Of a stretch of DNA of 30,152 bases, positions 25,422-30,152 are shown piece by piece. The stretch is from contig CAZBSW010000001.1 of assembly GCA_964494835.1 (NCBI GenBank), positions 1 to 30,152 of the forward strand, given 5' to 3'. The translations under genes were made by a program, and so were the position numbers. The notes beneath the pieces were generated by a model that saw only the letters and a program-made list of their open reading frames with translations, was not told the DNA's origin and searched no databases. The stretch is from an uncultured Thermotogae bacterium. GTDB taxonomy: Bacteria; Bipolaricaulota; Bipolaricaulia; UBA7950; UBA9294. Every line of letters starts with the position of its first letter. Position 1 is the stretch's first letter.

Positions 25422-26051
25422 ATGGAAGACGACGAACGCTATGCTCGTTTTGCTGTGCGGGTCTATTCGTGGCTGATCGACCCCCTCCTTCGATCTCTTC
25501 GACCGCGGGTAGTCGAGATCTGCCGCCGCTGGCATCTGAAACACGTCCTTGACATCGCCTCCGCTACCGGAGCGCAGTGCATCCTCCTCGATCGAGCGGG
25601 GATCCAAGCGACAGGTATCGATCTCTCCGAAGCGATGATTTCCAGGGCACGGCGCTACAGCCCGCCGGCGATCCGATACGTGCGCGGCTCGGCGCTCGAA
25701 CTCCCGTTCGAGAATGATGTGTTCGGAGGGATCTTGCTACTACTGGCACTCCATGAACATACGGAACATGAGCGTCTCGTCATGCTGTCAGAAGCGCAAC
25801 GTGTCCTTGCCCCGAACGGGCGTCTACTCCTGGCGGAATACGCACCCCCGCACAAGGCTGCCACAAGCATCACTTGGATGGTGATATGCTTCATCGAGTG
25901 GCTGGCCGGCGGCGACCATCGGCGCAACTTCCGTGAATTCGTCTCCAATGGAGGAATCCGGGGTCTGGAGAGTCGGGCTTCGCTCCAGGTATTGGAACGT
26001 CAGCGATCGCATCGAGGGACGATAGAGATCATCGTGTCGGCATTCAACTAA
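25422..26051 (+). CDS. Class I SAM-dependent methyltransferase
   Basis: VLDIASATG, GIDLSEAM, GSALELPFENDVF, VLAPNGRL. Confidence 0.85.
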   Translation: MEDDERYARFAVRVYSWLIDPLLRSLRPRVVEICRRWHLKHVLDIASATGAQCILLDRAGIQATGIDLSEAMISRARRYSPPAIRYVRGSALELPFENDVFGGILLLLALHEHTEHERLVMLSEAQRVLAPNGRLLLAEYAPPHKAATSITWMVICFIEWLAGGDHRRNFREFVSNGGIRGLESRASLQVLERQRSHRGTIEIIVSAFN

Positions 26052-26078
26052 CCACAAATCGGTGTTTGTGGGGTCTGT

Positions 26079-27041
26079 TCAGAATGTCTTGATCCACAGA
26101 TACGCGCTGCGCATGTGTCGAAAGCCGAAGGCAAGGTAGAACGGCTCGAATCCGCCGGTCATCGGCATACGGGTTGCTCCCAATGCCTTGAGGCGGCGCA
26201 GACCTTCTCGCTGGATCTCTGTCGCCAGTCCGCGTCGGCGAAAGTCTGGATGGGTGCCTAACGGCTCGAGGTGACCGACTCGGGCGAGCGCGTTGTACCA
26301 AACGATGCAGCAAGCGGCGTACATTCCATCAGGAGCTACGATGACAAGGTCATGCTCCTTGTGGTAGTCGGGCGCTTTCTGCAGTTCGCGATAGGCGAAC
26401 GCCGACGGCCACTCCTTGGGATCTACATGATTGAACGCACGACCGAAGACCTCGCGTCGTCTCTCGATGTCATTCTCCTCTGCCATCGAGATGAGTCGGC
26501 ATCCGGCGGGGAGCCGCGGTTCCGGTAGGTCGCCAATCGTATACTCCAAGTGTGTTGAAACCGGTTCCACGCGCTTGTTGTAGCTACGTTGCACTAGTAC
26601 GTCTTGCAGGACGACATCGTCCTCGTAAACCCAAACGCAAACGCGGTTTTCTTTTGGGTTGCGATAGTGATCCTCCCCGTAGGCGAGCATCTCATCCAGC
26701 AGATCGAGATGATCGGGATGCCGCTGAACATACATCTCGCCGAATCCGGGGTGCTCAGGGTCCGGGTGTTCGATGCAGGTCGCACCGGCGATCTCGCCGT
26801 CGTCGGTCTCCCAGACTCCTACGCAATCCTCCCACAGCTTGATTGAGCGGAGGGCGCCCTCCGGCGACCCGTCTTCCGTCCCGTAGGAACCGAGCATCGG
26901 TGCAACAAAGTAGCGCGCGTAGTTCCACCGTTCGATCCCCCAGTTGACGGGAGCATCGAATGCCGCATAAGTCTCGGCCAAGAAATCCCGGACACGGATG
27001 AAATCTGTTTCAGGAATGTACTTTCGTAATTTCACGCCCAT
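26079..27041 (-). CDS. GNAT-family N-acetyltransferase
   Basis: C-terminal LEPLGTHPDFRRRGLAT acetyl-CoA motif, FYLAFGF; start ATG 27041 after AGGAG. Confidence 0.85.
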   Translation of the reverse strand: MGVKLRKYIPETDFIRVRDFLAETYAAFDAPVNWGIERWNYARYFVAPMLGSYGTEDGSPEGALRSIKLWEDCVGVWETDDGEIAGATCIEHPDPEHPGFGEMYVQRHPDHLDLLDEMLAYGEDHYRNPKENRVCVWVYEDDVVLQDVLVQRSYNKRVEPVSTHLEYTIGDLPEPRLPAGCRLISMAEENDIERRREVFGRAFNHVDPKEWPSAFAYRELQKAPDYHKEHDLVIVAPDGMYAACCIVWYNALARVGHLEPLGTHPDFRRRGLATEIQREGLRRLKALGATRMPMTGGFEPFYLAFGFRHMRSAYLWIKTF

Positions 27042-27247
27042 CGCGCTCTCCTTCTGCAACCGCTCGTGGCCGGAGCACAAACAATAGCGGGTTGCTGTAG
27101 CTGAGTACAGCGGCGAGAGCAGCCCGACATGAACGGGAGCTAATGGGACTATTCTCGACTAGGTGACGAGCAATGAACTGTCTGGCTAATCCTCGTTCTC
27201 TATGCTCTTGAAACTCGCTAATTGCAGGTGAGAGAAGCGACCGCAAG

Positions 27248-27820
27248 TTAGTGTGCTAGCAGTTTTTGCGCGTATGCCTTGGCTTGGCCATTTGCATCTT
27301 CTGAGAGCGCGTCTGGCTCAGTGCAGTTGGGGACCATGAGGTTCCCCGCGGGAGACGTCAGACTGTAGTAACTCACGATGTGCTTGTAGACGCCTTGGAT
27401 AAGGTCCGCGTTGTTCGCGATAGAGCCGCCGCAGGTTACGATCAGTCCGCTTTTCTTGCCGCCGATGAGTGACTTGTAGTTGGGGCCGCCAGGGTCCGTA
27501 ACCAGGCAGACAAGCCGGTCTAGGAACGGCTTGATCTGGCTCGCAAAGCCCCATGTGTAAAGGGGAGAAGCAAACAGAACGCAGTCGGCGGCCATCATCT
27601 TTTCGAACACCGGTTGCGCATCGTCGTCAATCACACACGCGGGCGCATCGACCACTGACGCACAGGCCCAACAACCCGTGCACCCTGCGATTGACAGATC
27701 AACCAGATCTACGCGTTCTACGTCGTGGCCGCCGCGGCGAAGCTCCTCCTCCACCCAAGTCAGTACAGTCGCCGTATTCCCCCGCTTGCGTGGTCCTCCG
27801 AACACGCTCACGACTTTCAT
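27248..27820 (-). CDS. Iron-sulfur flavoprotein / NADPH-dependent FMN reductase family
   Basis: GGPRKRGNT, CTGCWAC-x8-C compact cluster motif, ASPLY...KPFLDR; start ATG 27820. Confidence 0.88.
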   Translation of the reverse strand: MKVVSVFGGPRKRGNTATVLTWVEEELRRGGHDVERVDLVDLSIAGCTGCWACASVVDAPACVIDDDAQPVFEKMMAADCVLFASPLYTWGFASQIKPFLDRLVCLVTDPGGPNYKSLIGGKKSGLIVTCGGSIANNADLIQGVYKHIVSYYSLTSPAGNLMVPNCTEPDALSEDANGQAKAYAQKLLAH

Positions 27821-28053
27821 AATTGAACCTCCGAGGATCGTGTTTCGCGATACTAGCATAGGTCCGTCGCCTGGACTCGGTCAATTGAGCTAAGCCACAT
27901 ACCAAGGCAGAAGGAAGCAACATCGCGGTCGTTCGGTCTATACGCTGGCGTTTTGACCGAATTCCGTTAAGGGAATTCTACCAGGCAATGTGCCGGTCCC
28001 GATCTCTCTTCCCGAGCGAAATAGGTACGAGTCCCTAGATTCCCAAAAAGAAG

Positions 28054-28674
28054 CTAGTAATCTAATCGGATCGTAATAATGTCGTCTGTGCTACCGGTGA
28101 GGGCGCCCGACGAATTCACCCACTCGACTGGGTCTGTCTCGCTCCCGACCGACGTGGACCAGGCCTTGTATTTCAGAAGGTCGACGATCCCGTGTGCGGT
28201 CGAGCCGTCGATTACGAAGTAGCGAGAGTTCCCGTCCGTGTACGAGTAGGGCACGTTATTGCCGCGGATCTCATGCACATAGGTCCAAGCTCCCCAGATA
28301 TTGGCCTGCGTTTGCCGCGCATAGAAGTACTCGACGCTATCCTCGGTGTCGTTGAGGCGTGCTTCAAAGTACGTGTTCGAGAAATCGCCTCCGTCCCACG
28401 TGGCTGTGAACGTTCGGGTTGCTGCGTTATAGTTGCCGGTTCCGGACCAGAACGTTGTTCCCACTATCCCTGCATGTGACGTTCCATCGGACTCCGAAAC
28501 CGTCGCGGCAAGGTGAAATTCCATGCGGCCGCTGACCACGGTGCCAGCGCCGCCTGTGCCTCCGGTTCCTCCGCCTCCTGTGAACGAATTGATGAGGTTG
28601 TCCAACAGGTCGCAGCCACTCAACAGGGCTACAGCAACCACGAGCAGTCCGACCATCAATAGCTTCTTTCGCAC
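28054..28674 (-). CDS. Hypothetical lipoprotein
   Basis: GTG 28674 after GGAGG; lipobox LSGC; Gly/Thr linker; beta-rich body. Confidence 0.75.
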   Translation of the reverse strand: MRKKLLMVGLLVVAVALLSGCDLLDNLINSFTGGGGTGGTGGAGTVVSGRMEFHLAATVSESDGTSHAGIVGTTFWSGTGNYNAATRTFTATWDGGDFSNTYFEARLNDTEDSVEYFYARQTQANIWGAWTYVHEIRGNNVPYSYTDGNSRYFVIDGSTAHGIVDLLKYKAWSTSVGSETDPVEWVNSSGALTGSTDDIITIRLDY

Positions 28675-29362
28675 ACTGTCCTCCTTCCCCTTTACCTCAC
28701 GGGCATAGCATCGCCCACCTTGGCCAGGATAGCGAATAGAACGTGGATTTGCAATGAGAAGATGCTTGTAATTTGCTTGAATAGGGTGTTCTGGAAGCGG
28801 TGAGGCGTGAATCGAGTGACACATACCGCATTTCTTCCCCGTTTGCTGGGGTCTTCGGGAAAGGGTTACCTACCGACAACATCTTGAGTGAGTTGCGTGA
28901 GGGAATACCAGCAAACGGTGTGGCAGCTCCGATTGCCCATTCGGGATGAAATGTGGTATGTGTCACCGGATTCCTGTGGAGAAGACCTCAGGGAAACTGT
29001 GGTCGCCAAGCTGTGACCCGACTCCCGGAACGTGGGATCGGCCCGGCAGGCTAAGGATTGCGCGATCGACCAGGGTGCGAGCAAAAGGTTCGGGCGGACA
29101 GTCCCCTGCGCGCTCCCCGAAGGGCGATGGGGGATGGATGATAGCTTCGAGTGTCTCCGGGATAAGGCGAAGCTCACGTTTGTCGAAGCGACCCCGGATC
29201 GGTATACTGGTTTCATGATGCGCGGTACACGAGGAAGCATTCGAGGAGAACTGAATTTGGCAAGCGTCTTCGCTTCCTCATGCCGTGTGCGTAGTATGAT
29301 GATGGATAGCTCCACTCCGTCTCGGTAGCGATTACCGGTCTGCCGAGTTGGAGTGGAGGATC

Positions 29363-29398
29363 GAGGCTGCAGAATGTTCTGCGGTCTCATTTTCTTTT
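29363..29398 (+). terminator. Intrinsic terminator inside the leader of the Cys/Met enzyme gene
   Basis: GAGGCTGCAGAA/TTCTGCGGTCTC stem (2 G-U pairs) + ATTTTCTTTT, ending 31 nt before ATG 29430. Confidence 0.75.
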
Positions 29399-29429
29399 CC
29401 GGCAAAGGAAAGAACGGGAGGAGAAGCTG

Positions 29430-30152
29430 ATGGACACCAAGTTCTCGACGCAGTCAGTACACGCAGGGGAGGAGAAAGGCAAACCCTACGGCGCTGTGGC
29501 GACGCCGATCGTCCAGACGTCGACCTACGCTTTCGACAATTCGGCGGAGATCATGGAGTACATGCGCCGGAAGGCATTGAGCGACCCCCACGCGCGAGAG
29601 GAGTATGCCCGGTACAGCAATCCGACGCAGACAGTCGTGGAACGGAAGCTCGCCGAGCTGGAGGGCGGTGAGCAGGCGCTCCTTTTCGCCAGCGGGATGT
29701 GCGCCATCACAACGACGATCCTCTCCCTCCTGTCGAGCGGTGACCACGCCATCTTCCTGCATCCGTGCTATCGCCGTACAAGGGAGTTCGCGGACCAGTA
29801 TCTCCCCCGGTTTGGAATTGATTCCACCGTATTGCCGATCGACGACGCCGATTCTCTGGAAAGCGTGATTCGCCCCAACACGGGGCTCATCTTCACCGAG
29901 ACGCCGACCAATCCGCACTTGCGCCTTGTTGATCTTGAAGAGGTCGCTCGAGTTGCCAATGCTAAAGGCTTGCTGTTCGTCGTTGATTCGACCTTCGCCA
30001 CGCCGATCAACCTGAGGCCACTCGAACATGGAGCGCACATCGTGATTCACAGTGCGAGCAAGTACCTCGGGGGGCACAACGATCTTCTTGCGGGCGCGGT
30101 GATCGGCGACGGGGAGCGATTGGAGCGGATCGAGGCGTGCAGAGGTGTGCTT
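29430..30152 (+). CDS. Cys/Met metabolism PLP enzyme (cystathionine gamma-synthase/lyase family), partial
   Basis: VHAGE, TPIVQTSTY, YARYSNPT, FASGM, TETPTNP, VDSTFATP, HSASKYLGGHND (PLP Lys); RBS GGAGGAG; runs off the window. Confidence 0.95.
   Translation, partial: MDTKFSTQSVHAGEEKGKPYGAVATPIVQTSTYAFDNSAEIMEYMRRKALSDPHAREEYARYSNPTQTVVERKLAELEGGEQALLFASGMCAITTTILSLLSSGDHAIFLHPCYRRTREFADQYLPRFGIDSTVLPIDDADSLESVIRPNTGLIFTETPTNPHLRLVDLEEVARVANAKGLLFVVDSTFATPINLRPLEHGAHIVIHSASKYLGGHNDLLAGAVIGDGERLERIEACRGVL

Noticed and set aside
27958-27979. GAATTCC..GGAATTC inverted repeat near 27960-27985
   Set aside because: AT-rich stem without a clear U-tract; at most a weak terminator
29290-29400. SAM-I riboswitch or T-box
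   Set aside because: No ATC..GAG...GCAACC...GAT core and no GGTGGxACC T-box by eye; an Rfam scan is still needed
29454-30077. 207-aa - strand ORF
   Set aside because: Antisense to the clear PLP enzyme on the + strand

Overview
The window has three parts. (1) 1-1400: host genes on the minus strand, a class I/II PLP aminotransferase cut by the window edge and a dimethylarginine dimethylaminohydrolase. (2) ~1420-11220: an accessory island downstream of tRNA-Arg(CCT), built around a small, catalytic-domain-only tyrosine recombinase (7268-7864). The last ~50 nt of the recombinase gene recur twice downstream (1511-1576, 2756-2816), each with the same foreign ~16-nt arm, and bracket cargo segments of 1.24 and 4.5 kb. 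A second 27-bp direct repeat (8061-8087, 9629-9655) brackets an Mrr-like nuclease upstream. Other cargo: exported proteins, a HExxH protein, an RHH regulator and a broken paralogous integrase. The best candidate for a novel system is this cassette array, which appears to use the recombinase's own 3' end as its attachment site. (3) 11221-30152: tRNA-Arg, rnc, then a ~11-kb oxidative/nitrosative stress cluster (perR, mutM, rubrerythrins, ferritin, flavin reductase + rubredoxin, Rrf2, short Hcp, FprA, 2-oxoacid:ferredoxin oxidoreductase, peroxiredoxin, SOR, desulforedoxin). It is followed by csoR-dsrE-acetamidase, a methyltransferase, a GNAT, an iron-sulfur flavoprotein, a lipoprotein and a Cys/Met PLP enzyme preceded by an attenuator-like leader with three tandem Met codons. 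All calls come from reading motifs by eye; no database searches were run.
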